Below, piece after piece: positions 1-12,264 of a DNA stretch of 64,000 nt; position 1 is the first letter of the stretch, and the number at the start of each line of letters is the position of its first letter. Location of the stretch: positions 64,725-128,724 of the forward strand of contig JBAYHI010000002.1 in the NCBI GenBank assembly GCA_041666205.1. The letters run 5' to 3'. The position numbers were made by a program, and so were the translations under genes. The DNA comes from Patescibacteria group bacterium. GTDB lineage: Bacteria; Patescibacteriota; Patescibacteriia; UBA9934. The notes under the pieces are model-generated. The model did not search any database and had not been told where the DNA came from. It saw nothing but the letters and a program-made list of their open reading frames with translations.

Positions 1-37
1 AAAAAGATCTGGAAAATCCAGACCTTATTTTATTTGC

Positions 38-760
38 CTATTTTGCGAGTTCTGCGTCGATCACTTGTTGGAACGATTCAAATGGAATCGCGCCCGACAT
101 GGCAATCCCATTCACGAACGTTGCCGGAGTACCTTCCACGCCTGCATCAATTCCACTTTGCAAATCCCCGTCAACCACGCTTTGATAGGTGGCATCTGCG
201 TAGCAAGCCGCGAATTTTGTGAGATCGAGTTTTAAGTCCGTTGCGATTTGTGTGTACAATTCGTCTCCGAGCGTGGTTTGATTGGCATAGAGCTCATCAG
301 CGTACTCAAAGAATTTTCCCTGTTCGCCCGCGCATTCAGATGCAAGCGCCGATGGAACGGCTTCTGGGTGGATGCTCGTAAGTGGAAAATGACGATAAAC
401 AAGCGCTACGTCTGATCCGTATTCTTCAAGAATGGATTGAATCGTTGCTTGGTGACGTTCACAATACGGACACTCAAAATCTGAATACTCAACAAGCACA
501 ACTTTTGCCTTAGAAATATCGCCGTAGATATGATCGTTGGACGTCACAGCCGCAAGCACAGCACTCCCCGTATCGGCTGTGTCGGTTGTATCGGTATTTT
601 TTACAACAGGCGTATCCCCGGTTTCCCCTTTTGCTGGAAGCGTAACGGAATTGAGAAGTAGCGTAACTGCAACTCCGCTTACAAGACCGAATACAAATAG
701 CATTTTCGGATTTGCGTCAAAAAATCCAGGCGTTTTTTGAGATGGTGTTTCATCGCTCAT
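38..760 (-). CDS. DsbA/thioredoxin-fold disulfide oxidoreductase with N-terminal membrane anchor
   Basis: EYSDFECPYC active site, YRHFPL, GVEGTPATFVNG; N-terminal TM helix. Confidence 0.9.
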   Translation of the reverse strand: MSDETPSQKTPGFFDANPKMLFVFGLVSGVAVTLLLNSVTLPAKGETGDTPVVKNTDTTDTADTGSAVLAAVTSNDHIYGDISKAKVVLVEYSDFECPYCERHQATIQSILEEYGSDVALVYRHFPLTSIHPEAVPSALASECAGEQGKFFEYADELYANQTTLGDELYTQIATDLKLDLTKFAACYADATYQSVVDGDLQSGIDAGVEGTPATFVNGIAMSGAIPFESFQQVIDAELAK

Positions 761-1503
761 AGAATGCGTTTAAGTTTGAAAATCCTCCAAAGAACAATCC
801 CTCCCGCAACTGCAAGCGCAATGCTTGCAAATTGCCCTGGGGTGAAGCCTATGTATCTTACATCAGTCACCCGATTGAAGTCGAGCAAAAACCGTACACA
901 GCCCTCGTACAAAGCAAATAGCCCCACAAAGAGACCGGGTCGATCTTTTATACGCAGAAGCATCAAAAAAATTACAGCAAGGAATGCGCTTGTGAGCACT
1001 AAATACAGGCCGTGATCGCCACGCACGATTCCATCGGGATACAAGATGCCCAAGAAAAACGTGGTCTCTTTTCCCGGATGATCGTGAATCAAAAAACATC
1101 CAATGCGCCCAATCATTTCCCCAAATGGCAATCCAAACGCGAGTGCTTCGACATAAGGTAACACCGGGAGACGTTTGAATCTTAGAAATGCAATTGCGGT
1201 TGCACCCGCGGCAATGAGTCCCCCGAAAAATGAGAGTCCACCCTGCCAAATCATGAGAATCTGCAGAGGATGCGAGAGCAATTCCGGGGTATAAAACAAT
1301 TGCCCCAGTCGTCCGCCAACAATCCCCGCGATAATCATCCAAAACGCTAAATCAACAATCAGCTTACGATCGAGATTTTGTTTCTTTGCAAACCAAGCGG
1401 CCGCGAACGTTCCTACGAGAAATCCAAGCGCCACAAAAATTCCCCACACGTAAATCGTGAGGCCAAGCAGATGAATTTCTGACCATGCAAAATATGGAAT
1501 CAT
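757..1503 (-). CDS. lgt: Prolipoprotein diacylglyceryl transferase
   Basis: IWQGGLSFFGG and GRIGCF motifs, YxxxRFxxDFxR, multi-TM. Confidence 0.9.
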   Translation of the reverse strand: MIPYFAWSEIHLLGLTIYVWGIFVALGFLVGTFAAAWFAKKQNLDRKLIVDLAFWMIIAGIVGGRLGQLFYTPELLSHPLQILMIWQGGLSFFGGLIAAGATAIAFLRFKRLPVLPYVEALAFGLPFGEMIGRIGCFLIHDHPGKETTFFLGILYPDGIVRGDHGLYLVLTSAFLAVIFLMLLRIKDRPGLFVGLFALYEGCVRFLLDFNRVTDVRYIGFTPGQFASIALAVAGGIVLWRIFKLKRIL

Positions 1504-2918
1504 GAGCGAATCGCTTCGTATGCTGCGGCAATGTCGAGTAATTTACCATCTTCCATGCGTGGCGATACAAACTGCAATCCAACCGGTAGGTTTTGCGATA
1601 ATCCGCATGGCACAGAAATGCCAGGCAATCCGCAAATGTTGGCAAACGTTGTGTAAATATCCGCCAAATACATTGCAATCGGATCATCGAATTTTTCCCC
1701 TAGATTCCAGGCAACCATGGGAGACGTTGGCATCACAATCACGTCAACGTGCAAAAACGCATCGTTTAATGATTCGTTAATGGCTGTTTTCACTGCAAGC
1801 GCTTTTTTATAATACGCATCGTAGTAGCCAGCGGACAAAATATACGAGCCCAGCATGATGCGGCGTTTCACTTCGCGACCGAATCCATCGCCACGTGCCG
1901 TAAGGTAACTTTCCCAAATGCCGTCGACGTGCGCGCGCGTGCCATAACGCATGCCGTCAAATCGCCCGAGGTTTGAACTCGCCTCGGCTGGTTGCAAAAT
2001 ATAATAAACCGGCAAGCCGTATTCCAAGAGGGGAAGATCCAAATCCACAATCGTGGCTCCGGCATTTTTGAGCGCCTCAATTGCCTCCTGTACTTTTGTT
2101 TTCACGCCTTCATCCATCCCATCAATGAACGCTTGTTTTGGAACGCCAATGCGAATGCCCTGCACGGAATGCGATAACAGTTCTGCGGGATGCTTTTCTG
2201 TGACATCCAAAGATGTTGCATCTTGCTCATCGCGCCCTTCAATGGCTTCTAGCGCAAGTGCGCAATCCGCCACTGTTGTTGCGATTGGCCCGATCTGATC
2301 GAGGCTAGACGCCATGGCAATGAGACCAAAACGACTCACGCGACCATATGTTGGCTTGAGGCCGACAACGCCACATAGAGCTGCTGGCTGGCGGATTGAT
2401 CCCCCGGTATCGGACCCAAATGCAATCGGCACAAATCCCGCAGCAACCGCAGCCACGGCGCCACCCGACGATCCACCTGGGACTTTCGTTGTATCGATTG
2501 GATTGCGTGTTTTTTGGAAATACGATGTTTCCGTGCTTGAACCCATGGCAAATTCATCCATATTCGTGCGCCCAACAATGATGGCCCCAGCTGATTTCAA
2601 CCGATGCACAAGTGTGGAGTCATATGCCGCAACGTAATCGATGAGCATTTTCGAACCCGCGCAGGTTTTGTGACCCTTGTGGCACATATTGTCCTTGATC
2701 GCAACAGGAATACCCGCCAATCGACCAACCTCATCGCCCCGCGCAATGCGCGCATCAATCTCGCGCGCAGCGGCAAGCGCTTCGTCGTCATAGACTTCCA
2801 CGAACGCTCCGATTTTTTCATCTTCCGCGTGAATTTTTTTCAGGCTCTCCCGCACTAATTCCTCAGACGTGATTTCTCCGCGCATCAAAGCCTCACGCAT
2901 TTCCATGGCTGTTTTCAT
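1500..2918 (-). CDS. gatA: Asp/Glu-tRNA amidotransferase subunit A
   Basis: Amidase signature GGSSGG, GSDTGGSIRQPA, TNMDEFAMGSS; start placed at ATG 2918 just past the gatC stop. Confidence 0.97.
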   Translation of the reverse strand: MKTAMEMREALMRGEITSEELVRESLKKIHAEDEKIGAFVEVYDDEALAAAREIDARIARGDEVGRLAGIPVAIKDNMCHKGHKTCAGSKMLIDYVAAYDSTLVHRLKSAGAIIVGRTNMDEFAMGSSTETSYFQKTRNPIDTTKVPGGSSGGAVAAVAAGFVPIAFGSDTGGSIRQPAALCGVVGLKPTYGRVSRFGLIAMASSLDQIGPIATTVADCALALEAIEGRDEQDATSLDVTEKHPAELLSHSVQGIRIGVPKQAFIDGMDEGVKTKVQEAIEALKNAGATIVDLDLPLLEYGLPVYYILQPAEASSNLGRFDGMRYGTRAHVDGIWESYLTARGDGFGREVKRRIMLGSYILSAGYYDAYYKKALAVKTAINESLNDAFLHVDVIVMPTSPMVAWNLGEKFDDPIAMYLADIYTTFANICGLPGISVPCGLSQNLPVGLQFVSPRMEDGKLLDIAAAYEAIRS

Positions 2919-2919
2919 A

Positions 2920-3213
2920 CTATTCAAATATTCCAGGAACCTCGAGGGCGGTACCGGTTTTTTTAGGGAATGCGTTTATGCATGCCAAGCGATCGTCTTC
3001 CCCACTGTGTCGACGCACATCGGCTCGGAAGACGTTCGAGAGATCCGTAAGATATGCTTTGGCTTCAATCGCACTTGTATCGACTTCATGGAGTTTACTC
3101 ACATACGCAACAATCGAAGGCAAATCGCGTCGAAGTGCTTCTTGCTCTTCATCGCTCAAATTGAGCATTGCGAGCTTGGCAACTTTTTGAACATCAAAAT
3201 CTAATTCCGTCAT
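2920..3213 (-). CDS. gatC: Asp/Glu-tRNA amidotransferase subunit C
   Basis: VAKLAML...NVFRAD...VP motif; adjacent to gatA. Confidence 0.9.
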   Translation of the reverse strand: MTELDFDVQKVAKLAMLNLSDEEQEALRRDLPSIVAYVSKLHEVDTSAIEAKAYLTDLSNVFRADVRRHSGEDDRLACINAFPKKTGTALEVPGIFE

Positions 3214-3218
3214 ATGGG

Positions 3219-5566
<2,348 letters not shown>

Positions 5567-5568
<2 letters not shown>

Positions 5569-6361
5569 ATATAAGATATCCCGAATACCAATTCCAAATT
5601 GATTCTCCAAATAGCATGCCAAATAGAATCCCAACAGCAAGGAATGCCCCGAATGGTACATAACTTCGAACCGATCGATGGCGGAGTAGCACAAGCGCCA
5701 TGCCGACAATCGACGCCAAGAGATACGCAAAAAATACTGAAATGAGTCCGGCTTCGATGCCAAGAAGCGCGCCCGCAAGCATCCCAATCCGCATGTCCCC
5801 GGCTCCCATCCATTTCCCATGCGACAGCCAATATTGAAACCCGAAGAATGCCCCAATCACCAAGATGCCAGTCACGAGTGATACAACGGGCGCGCCCAGC
5901 CACAGATTGAATGCAACCGCAAGGACAATCCCTGCAACAGCATACCGATCCAAAATTCGGAAAAACCGCAAATCATAGATTGCCACGATCAAAAGGAATA
6001 CGGAAAGCGTTGCATCGCGCAAAAACAAAAGGAGCCATTCGGACGAACCCACAAATGATGGCATCCAAACGCCAAAATACGCTCGAGCAAAAAAGAGCAT
6101 GAAAAGAACTGCGAGCACAATCTCCACCAATGGGTATTGCGTTGAAATTTTAAATGAGCAGCTGCGACAGCGTCCTTTTAAATTAAGATAACTCACAACC
6201 GGAATGCGATCTAAAAACCCGATCGGCTCGCGACACATACGACAACGCGATTTGCCGATGAGCTGACGTTTATCGTTTACGCGGAACACAATGCGATTAA
6301 CAAGATCGCCGGCACATAAGCCGACGATTCCGATCACACAAATGTAAAAAATCTCACGCAT
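5567..6361 (-). CDS. pilD: Prepilin peptidase (A24)
   Basis: SRCRMC / GRCRSC Zn motifs, YPLVE, IYDL, MGAGD, VPFGAFL; start at ATG 6361. Confidence 0.93.
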
Positions 6362-6362
6362 A

Positions 6363-6842
6363 TTACTCAGCGCATGCTCCGGCTTCAAATCCTGATGCCG
6401 TAGCGCAATTGAGGCCTTTCACTAAATTCAGAAGCGGTTGCGATCGTTCAAGCTCAAACTGAATGGAATAGGCTGACCCCGGAGAACCGTAGCAATACGC
6501 ATTTGATTCGCTGCCACACGACGATTTTGAGTTGAGACCAGCGGTTGGGGGCAAACTCACACGCTCAATATAAACCGGCTCGGTGCCAACCGAACACGTG
6601 CCTGAAAATCCCGCATCATGTAAACACGAGCTACCCGATGTGCCTAGAGCCATACGATCGCTTGCAATCGGGTACGCACTATTGGCATGAAAATAAATCT
6701 CAAGCCCGGCTTGCACTTGGCGCACATCAGAAAGTCGCACCGCGTCGCGCATGGTTGTGCGCGCAGACATCACGGAATAGACAGAAAGAAGCCCCAAGAG
6801 CCCAATAGCGAGCACGATGAGCAAAATGTAGAGTTTATTCAT
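6363..6842 (-). CDS. Pilin/pseudopilin-like protein (CPR GspG-like)
   Basis: N-terminal TM helix then ARxxxRDAxRxSDxxQxQxxLExYF; Cys-rich C-terminus; located in pil operon. Confidence 0.75.
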   Translation of the reverse strand: MNKLYILLIVLAIGLLGLLSVYSVMSARTTMRDAVRLSDVRQVQAGLEIYFHANSAYPIASDRMALGTSGSSCLHDAGFSGTCSVGTEPVYIERVSLPPTAGLNSKSSCGSESNAYCYGSPGSAYSIQFELERSQPLLNLVKGLNCATASGFEAGACAE

Positions 6843-6869
6843 ACCTCCAAGTTCCATAAAAAAAGTATA

Positions 6870-7244
6870 TCACGATTCGAGAAGCTTTTTCATTTTTTCA
6901 ACAGCCTCCTGTGGAACAAAATGCCCGAGAATCAAATAATCCGCAGCACCTGCTTCACGCGCCTCACGAATTTTTTGTTCATCCCCAAATTTTGCGAGGA
7001 TCACAATCTTAGTCGCATAAATCGTGGGAAGGGAGCGCCACCGCCTTACCACGTCTGCGATATTTGCCACGCAATCATTCTCAAGCAAAATAATCCGTGG
7101 TCGCATACGCGTGGCAACCACCTCTGCCTCCGTGACAGACTCAATGCATTCCACCACCCAACCCTCACGCTCAAATTTCCGACCATAGAGCCCGGCCAAA
7201 TACGGGTCACAGCAAACAAGAAGAATCGACAGGGGCGACGCCAT
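6870..7244 (-). CDS. Single-domain response-regulator receiver, degenerate
   Basis: CheY-like pattern ILLV..D / IILLE / IVILA / AGAADYL. Confidence 0.75.
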   Translation of the reverse strand: MASPLSILLVCCDPYLAGLYGRKFEREGWVVECIESVTEAEVVATRMRPRIILLENDCVANIADVVRRWRSLPTIYATKIVILAKFGDEQKIREAREAGAADYLILGHFVPQEAVEKMKKLLES

Positions 7245-7245
7245 A

Positions 7246-8379
7246 TTATTTTTCTTTCTTTTCCGGAAGGAGTTTCATGGCAAGCCCAGCTGCAACGGAA
7301 AAACGTGGCCCGATTTCATCGAGCACTGGTCGCAAACCAGCAGGAACCGCAATGCGTGCCCAGGGGTCGCCAATATAAACGTTGATATTGAGAGCCTCGG
7401 TCAAGAACGGATCAATGTATGGGAGCCGTGCTGACCCGCCTGTGAGAATGATTTTTTCAACCGTATTGTGCTCGTGAAAATCTTGCGCACCAAAAAGTTC
7501 TAGTGAATATCGGATCTCGTGCAGAATCGGCATCATGGCGTCTTTAAGAACTTGCGGAACATCGGCATTTGTTGCAGACGCCAAATCAACTTTCATTTGT
7601 TCTGCTTCCGCCATGGTGACACCGGTTTGTTTGGCAAGCATGCTCGTAATTACTCCGCCGCCTGTTTTAATACTGCGGTGCAAATACGGAATCCCCTCAT
7701 ACACAATCGTGATATTGGTGCGCTCGTAACCGATATCCACAATCATGACGCGCGCCTTATCGTTGCCAATAAGCGAGCGAATAAGCGCAAACGCCTCGGT
7801 TTCAAGCGAGACCAGTTCAATTTTTGCTAATTTGAAAATTTCCAAATACTTCCCCACCAATTCTTTTGGCGCGCCAGAAACCAACACACGAATATGCTTG
7901 GATTCCTGCGGAGGCGGCGGGAGGGCTAGCGCTTGCGCCTTTTTATCTTCCACAATTGGTTTTGGAAGCAATTGCTTATCAATCACGAGCGAATCCAAAA
8001 TCATGTTCTCAATTGGTTGCGGTAAGAGCTTGCGCACCTGCGCTTCAATCATGGGCTTCAAATTTTCCTTGGCGTCTTTTGGCTGTGGGATCGTGATAAT
8101 GGCGTGAAAAACATGCTGGCTGGGAAGCGACGCATTTGCGCGCATGGATTTCATGCCCGATTCTTTATGAATGCGAAGTAAAATCTCCGCACCTTTTTTT
8201 GGATCATCCAATAGCGACCCGGTCCAAGTGTCGAAATTTTTGATTTGCGAATATCCGTATGTGGCAAGCCGTACTTTTCCGGATTCCGGGATAAGCTCCA
8301 CGGCTTTGATCCCGCCCGCACCAACGTCAACGCCAATTAAGCCCGGCGATCGTGATTCTTTTTTGCCGAAGAGTCCCAT
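7246..8379 (-). CDS. pilM: Type IV pilus assembly protein PilM
   Basis: IGVDVG, VDIGYERT, IILTGGSA actin-like motifs, AAGLA C-terminus. Confidence 0.92.
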   Translation of the reverse strand: MGLFGKKESRSPGLIGVDVGAGGIKAVELIPESGKVRLATYGYSQIKNFDTWTGSLLDDPKKGAEILLRIHKESGMKSMRANASLPSQHVFHAIITIPQPKDAKENLKPMIEAQVRKLLPQPIENMILDSLVIDKQLLPKPIVEDKKAQALALPPPPQESKHIRVLVSGAPKELVGKYLEIFKLAKIELVSLETEAFALIRSLIGNDKARVMIVDIGYERTNITIVYEGIPYLHRSIKTGGGVITSMLAKQTGVTMAEAEQMKVDLASATNADVPQVLKDAMMPILHEIRYSLELFGAQDFHEHNTVEKIILTGGSARLPYIDPFLTEALNINVYIGDPWARIAVPAGLRPVLDEIGPRFSVAAGLAMKLLPEKKEK

Positions 8380-8400
8380 ATGCGTCAATTATAGCACGAT

Positions 8401-8826
8401 TTACCCGCCCAATGCTTCGTCGACGGTTTTATTCACAAGCATATCGGCCTGACGATTCTGTTCACGTCGCACGTGACGGAACGTCACGGTACGGAAACCT
8501 TGTTTGAGGCGATAGACCTCGAGAAATTTTTTTGCAAGTTCTTCGTTGCGCACCTTATAGTTCCCGTTCATTTGCTCCACGATGAGTTCAGAATCCATGA
8601 CCACATCCATCATGTCAAAATTAAATTCGCGCGCTTTTTGCAACCCAATAATCACCGCTTCATATTCGGCTTGATTATTTGTGGCAATTCCTAGATAGCG
8701 TGTGACTTTAGCGACTTCGTCTTTTACATTCCCGTCGCGATCCACTTCAAAGATCACTGCGGCTGATGCGGCGGGGCCTGGATTTCCACGCGCTCCACCA
8801 TCGGTAAACATCCGACCGTATTTCAT
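8401..8826 (-). CDS. rnhA: Ribonuclease HI family protein
   Basis: TDGGARGNPG, TNNQAEY, DSELIV, HVRREQNRQAD. Confidence 0.9.
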   Translation of the reverse strand: MKYGRMFTDGGARGNPGPAASAAVIFEVDRDGNVKDEVAKVTRYLGIATNNQAEYEAVIIGLQKAREFNFDMMDVVMDSELIVEQMNGNYKVRNEELAKKFLEVYRLKQGFRTVTFRHVRREQNRQADMLVNKTVDEALGG

Positions 8827-8840
8827 ATGGGCACATTCTA

Positions 8841-10535
8841 TCAACCTTGCACGTCAAAGTCCAAGAGACGCATCTGAATATCTTTTTTTCCATTCCACTC
8901 GTGAAATTGCAATTCGTACACTAATTCGATTTTATCGCCAAGACGCAAGAACGCACCAAGTTCGGCCATGCCAAATCCGATCACAGAAAAGCAGGCGCTT
9001 CCAAGATGCGAAACCATCAGGCGCAAATGTTTTCCGTCTTTTCCAATGGTTTGCGTTGAGAGAATCGAAACGTCGCGCGTGTGAAAAATCGGCTTGGGAT
9101 TTTTTTGTCCAAAGGGAGCGAGACGTTCAAGCTCGAGCAAAAATGCATCCGAGATGGCCGTAAATGGAATGGAGGCGTCAATTGCAAGTGTTGATTTGAT
9201 TTCTCGATCTCCAAAAAATGCGGCCGCAAATGTTTGCGCATGAGTTTTGAATGCTTCAATCCCCTCTTGTGTTGCCAACGTAAGACCGCACGCTTCCGGA
9301 TGTCCACCACATTTCACAAATAACTCCGGCTTTGCATGCATGAGTTCCACGAGATTGAGCCCGCCGGCACCTCGACCTGACCCGACATATTGTCCGTTGG
9401 ATTTGGTAATCACAAATGCTGGCCGACCAGTTTGATTTACGATTTTTCCGGCAATTAGGCCAATGATACCCGGGTTCCAATGTTCACTCACAATCACATA
9501 AACCGGCGCGTTTTTTTGCGCATCCATTGCCAGTTGAGCTTCTTCAAACATGGCAGACGTAAGCGTTTGACGATTGCGATTCAAGCGTTCCAATTCTTCG
9601 CAAAAAATGCGTGCCTCATCGCGCGTTTCTGCAACAAGGGCGCGGTACCCAATTTCGGCGGATGCCAACCGCCCCGCAGCATTCAACCGTGGACCGATTT
9701 GAAATCCAATGCCTTCGGTATCGATTGATCGCAAATCAATACGCGCAAGCTCGCCAATGATTTGAAATCCCGGGCGACGCGTTTTCCGTAGCACCTGCAA
9801 GCCATAATGCTCGAGCACGCGATTTTCCCCAAGGAGTGGCATCATGTCCGTCACGGTTGCCACGGCCACAAAATCCAGAAGCCACTTTTCACGACCTTCA
9901 GCCAATGTAAATCCTTTCACGCGCGCTTCCTCAAATAAGGCAACGGCAAGTTTCCATGCCACGCCCGTTCCGCACAGAAATTTATTTTCATACGTTTCCC
10001 CCGGCACCAGCGGATGGATGAGAATTGCTTGCGGAAGTTCATCCCCAAGCTGATGGTGATCGCACACAATCGTATCAATCCCGAGCTCCTTTGCGCGAGC
10101 AATTTCTTTTGGCGTGGCAATTCCACAATCAACCGTAATCAAAAGATTCACGTGATTTTTCCCAAATGATTCAACTGTGTGCATGGCAACGCCATAACCG
10201 TCTTTCTCTCGATCAGGCAAATAGACCGAAAGTCGTGGCACCACGTTCATCGCTACGGCAAGTTCACGAATTGCAACCGTCAGCAAACTTGATCCACAAA
10301 CCCCGTCAGCATCGTAGTCGCCGTGAATTTGGATGAGTTGGTTCTGTTGAAGCGCCGAAAAGATTCGATCAACCGCCTCGCGCATGCGTGTGAAGTGCCA
10401 TGGAGACTCCACATGATGTTCCCAATTTGGTGCCAAAAAATCCTCGAGCGATTCGAGTGGAATTCCGCGATTCTTAAGGATTGCCTCAAAAATAGAAGGA
10501 GGATCCTCCGACTGAATGTTCCAGGCGTATTGCAT
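8841..10535 (-). CDS. recJ: Single-stranded-DNA exonuclease RecJ
   Basis: GDYDADG, TVDCG, DHH, PRLNAAGR, GSGR, GGH, PFGQKNP; start at ATG 10535. Confidence 0.95.
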   Translation of the reverse strand: MQYAWNIQSEDPPSIFEAILKNRGIPLESLEDFLAPNWEHHVESPWHFTRMREAVDRIFSALQQNQLIQIHGDYDADGVCGSSLLTVAIRELAVAMNVVPRLSVYLPDREKDGYGVAMHTVESFGKNHVNLLITVDCGIATPKEIARAKELGIDTIVCDHHQLGDELPQAILIHPLVPGETYENKFLCGTGVAWKLAVALFEEARVKGFTLAEGREKWLLDFVAVATVTDMMPLLGENRVLEHYGLQVLRKTRRPGFQIIGELARIDLRSIDTEGIGFQIGPRLNAAGRLASAEIGYRALVAETRDEARIFCEELERLNRNRQTLTSAMFEEAQLAMDAQKNAPVYVIVSEHWNPGIIGLIAGKIVNQTGRPAFVITKSNGQYVGSGRGAGGLNLVELMHAKPELFVKCGGHPEACGLTLATQEGIEAFKTHAQTFAAAFFGDREIKSTLAIDASIPFTAISDAFLLELERLAPFGQKNPKPIFHTRDVSILSTQTIGKDGKHLRLMVSHLGSACFSVIGFGMAELGAFLRLGDKIELVYELQFHEWNGKKDIQMRLLDFDVQG

Positions 10536-10536
10536 G

Positions 10537-10629
10537 CTAGGCAAACATGGCAAAGACCATGGTGAAAATACAAATAAGCGCCACAACGGCCCAAATACGA
10601 CGGTTTAGTTGTTCTTTTTTCTTATCCAT
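10537..10629 (-). CDS. 30-aa single-TM peptide upstream of recJ
   Basis: MDKKKEQLNRRIWAVVALICIFTMVFAMFA; TAGAAT shortly upstream; stop 1 nt before the recJ ATG. Confidence 0.6.
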   Translation of the reverse strand: MDKKKEQLNRRIWAVVALICIFTMVFAMFA

Positions 10630-10732
10630 AGATTGAGCCCATTCTATCAACCTGCTCTCGTCTGTGCAAAAAAACAGCAAACCCCCAGGCGGAGTCGAGA
10701 TGATCGCAGGGGGGCGACGGGGGTGGGAGAAC

Positions 10733-11032
10733 TCACGGCTTGAGGAGTTGCCGAAGTTGTGGCTGGAGGTCCACGGGGTGGATTGCGAAGTTGAACATGC
10801 CAAGCTCATACCCATCCATGTTCGAACGTCGCGTCACTCCAAAGTACATGTCGACATGCGGTTCGTCTGGGCAACGCTCGTAGAGCCGCTTCCCCTTAGG
10901 CATTCCCCGCACGACTGCGGTGAGGCTAAGAACAAACCGCCTGCCATCTTCCAGGCATGCAATATAAAACGTATCGCCCGGACAAATATCCAAACCCAGG
11001 TGTGCACAAACAAGCTTTGGCGGAAGGCTCAT
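10733..11032 (-). CDS. Hypothetical protein (ORFan cassette)
   Basis: GGAG RBS, TGG-TAAATT extended -10 upstream, GC-rich hairpin plus T-run downstream. Confidence 0.6.
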   Translation of the reverse strand: MSLPPKLVCAHLGLDICPGDTFYIACLEDGRRFVLSLTAVVRGMPKGKRLYERCPDEPHVDMYFGVTRRSNMDGYELGMFNFAIHPVDLQPQLRQLLKP

Positions 11033-11117
11033 GTGAACTCCGTGAAGTTGGTTCGTTCAAATGCGCAGTGAATTTACCATAAGACCCATCAAACTCAAAA
11101 TCGAGCGTTTGCTCGAT

Positions 11118-11564
11118 TTATGGGTGAAGATATTTTTCAAATTCATTTCTATACAGCACCAGCGCTTTTCGGAATCCTTGGTGTAGTGGCTCTGGGAGCG
11201 TGCCAAGCGTGAACCAGCCAAGTTCGTCTATTTTTTCCGGCTCGTTGATTTTGACTTCGCTCGGATCTACTTTGACGAAATAGGTAATCGACAACCAGTG
11301 CGTCTTTTTTCCATTTTGGACTCGGAAAACATCATGCGCAGGCAAACAGCCGTGGATCTCTCCACGACATCCATATTCTTCCATCACTTCGCGTAGGACA
11401 TTTTCTTCCAATGTCACACCAAACTCCAATTTCCCGCCCCCATGATCCCACGCTCCATGTTCATCGCGACACTTACAGCTCCGTTTATGTAGAAGCATGT
11501 TTCCCCTTCCATCATGGCAAACAAATGCGGTGCAGATTCCAATGTAGTCCAAGCCGATGATCAT
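11118..11564 (-). CDS. NUDIX hydrolase
   Basis: Nudix box GGKLEFGVTLEENVLREVMEEYG. Confidence 0.9.
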   Translation of the reverse strand: MIIGLDYIGICTAFVCHDGRGNMLLHKRSCKCRDEHGAWDHGGGKLEFGVTLEENVLREVMEEYGCRGEIHGCLPAHDVFRVQNGKKTHWLSITYFVKVDPSEVKINEPEKIDELGWFTLGTLPEPLHQGFRKALVLYRNEFEKYLHP

Positions 11565-11588
11565 AGTGAATTCATCATACTGCTGGCA

Positions 11589-12230
11589 CTAGATGGCCTG
11601 CAATACATCCCGCAAATCATGCGTTTTATAATGCGATTTGCATTCTTTGAACTCCAAGCCCGGATGCGTATACAAAAATGTTGTTGCACCAATAGCGTTT
11701 CCGAGTTCCATATCGCCCGGCGAATCTCCGATCACAATCAGTTCGTTAAATGAATTTTTCTGCAAAAATGCATCAACCAGTTCACGTTTTGTGCCTTTTC
11801 CTAAATGTGCATCAGCGCCAAAGAGTTTTTCTTCAGGGAAGATATGAAGAAGATGCGTGAGTTCGGCAAATAGCTTAAGAGATTTTTGTTTTGTATTTGA
11901 AACCAAAATCTGATTGTGCTTTTATTTGATGGTTTCTAGAACCTCGAGCGCACTGTCAACAAGACGAATATTTTTGGCAAGAATTTCCGGGTGCGCATGC
12001 AGAAACGTAAAACATTGTTCCTGAAGAGTGACTGTTTGTTCATGCGACGCCTCGGGCAAGAGAGAAGAAAATAATTCAAACCATTTTTTGCCATACATCG
12101 CCTGACACATGTCTTCCGTCAGGCGCTCCGCATATCCGTTTTGCTCCAAGATGAGATTGCTCGCCTCAACAACCGACCGTTCATTGCCAGTCTCAAGCGT
12201 CCCATGAAAATCCCAAATGAAGAGCTTCAT
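11589..12230 (-). pseudogene. HAD-superfamily hydrolase interrupted by an in-frame TAA at 11922-11924
   Basis: Motif I (WDFHGT) upstream of the stop; motif II (LVSN) and motif IV (IGDSPGD) downstream in the same frame: ...ETIK*KHNQILVSNT... Confidence 0.8.
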
Positions 12231-12264
12231 ACTATTTCGTTCCCTGTTTTATTATTTTCCATTT

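Noticed and set aside
6687-7385. 232-aa plus-strand ORF
   Set aside because: Antisense shadow of three pil-operon genes with no recognisable motif.
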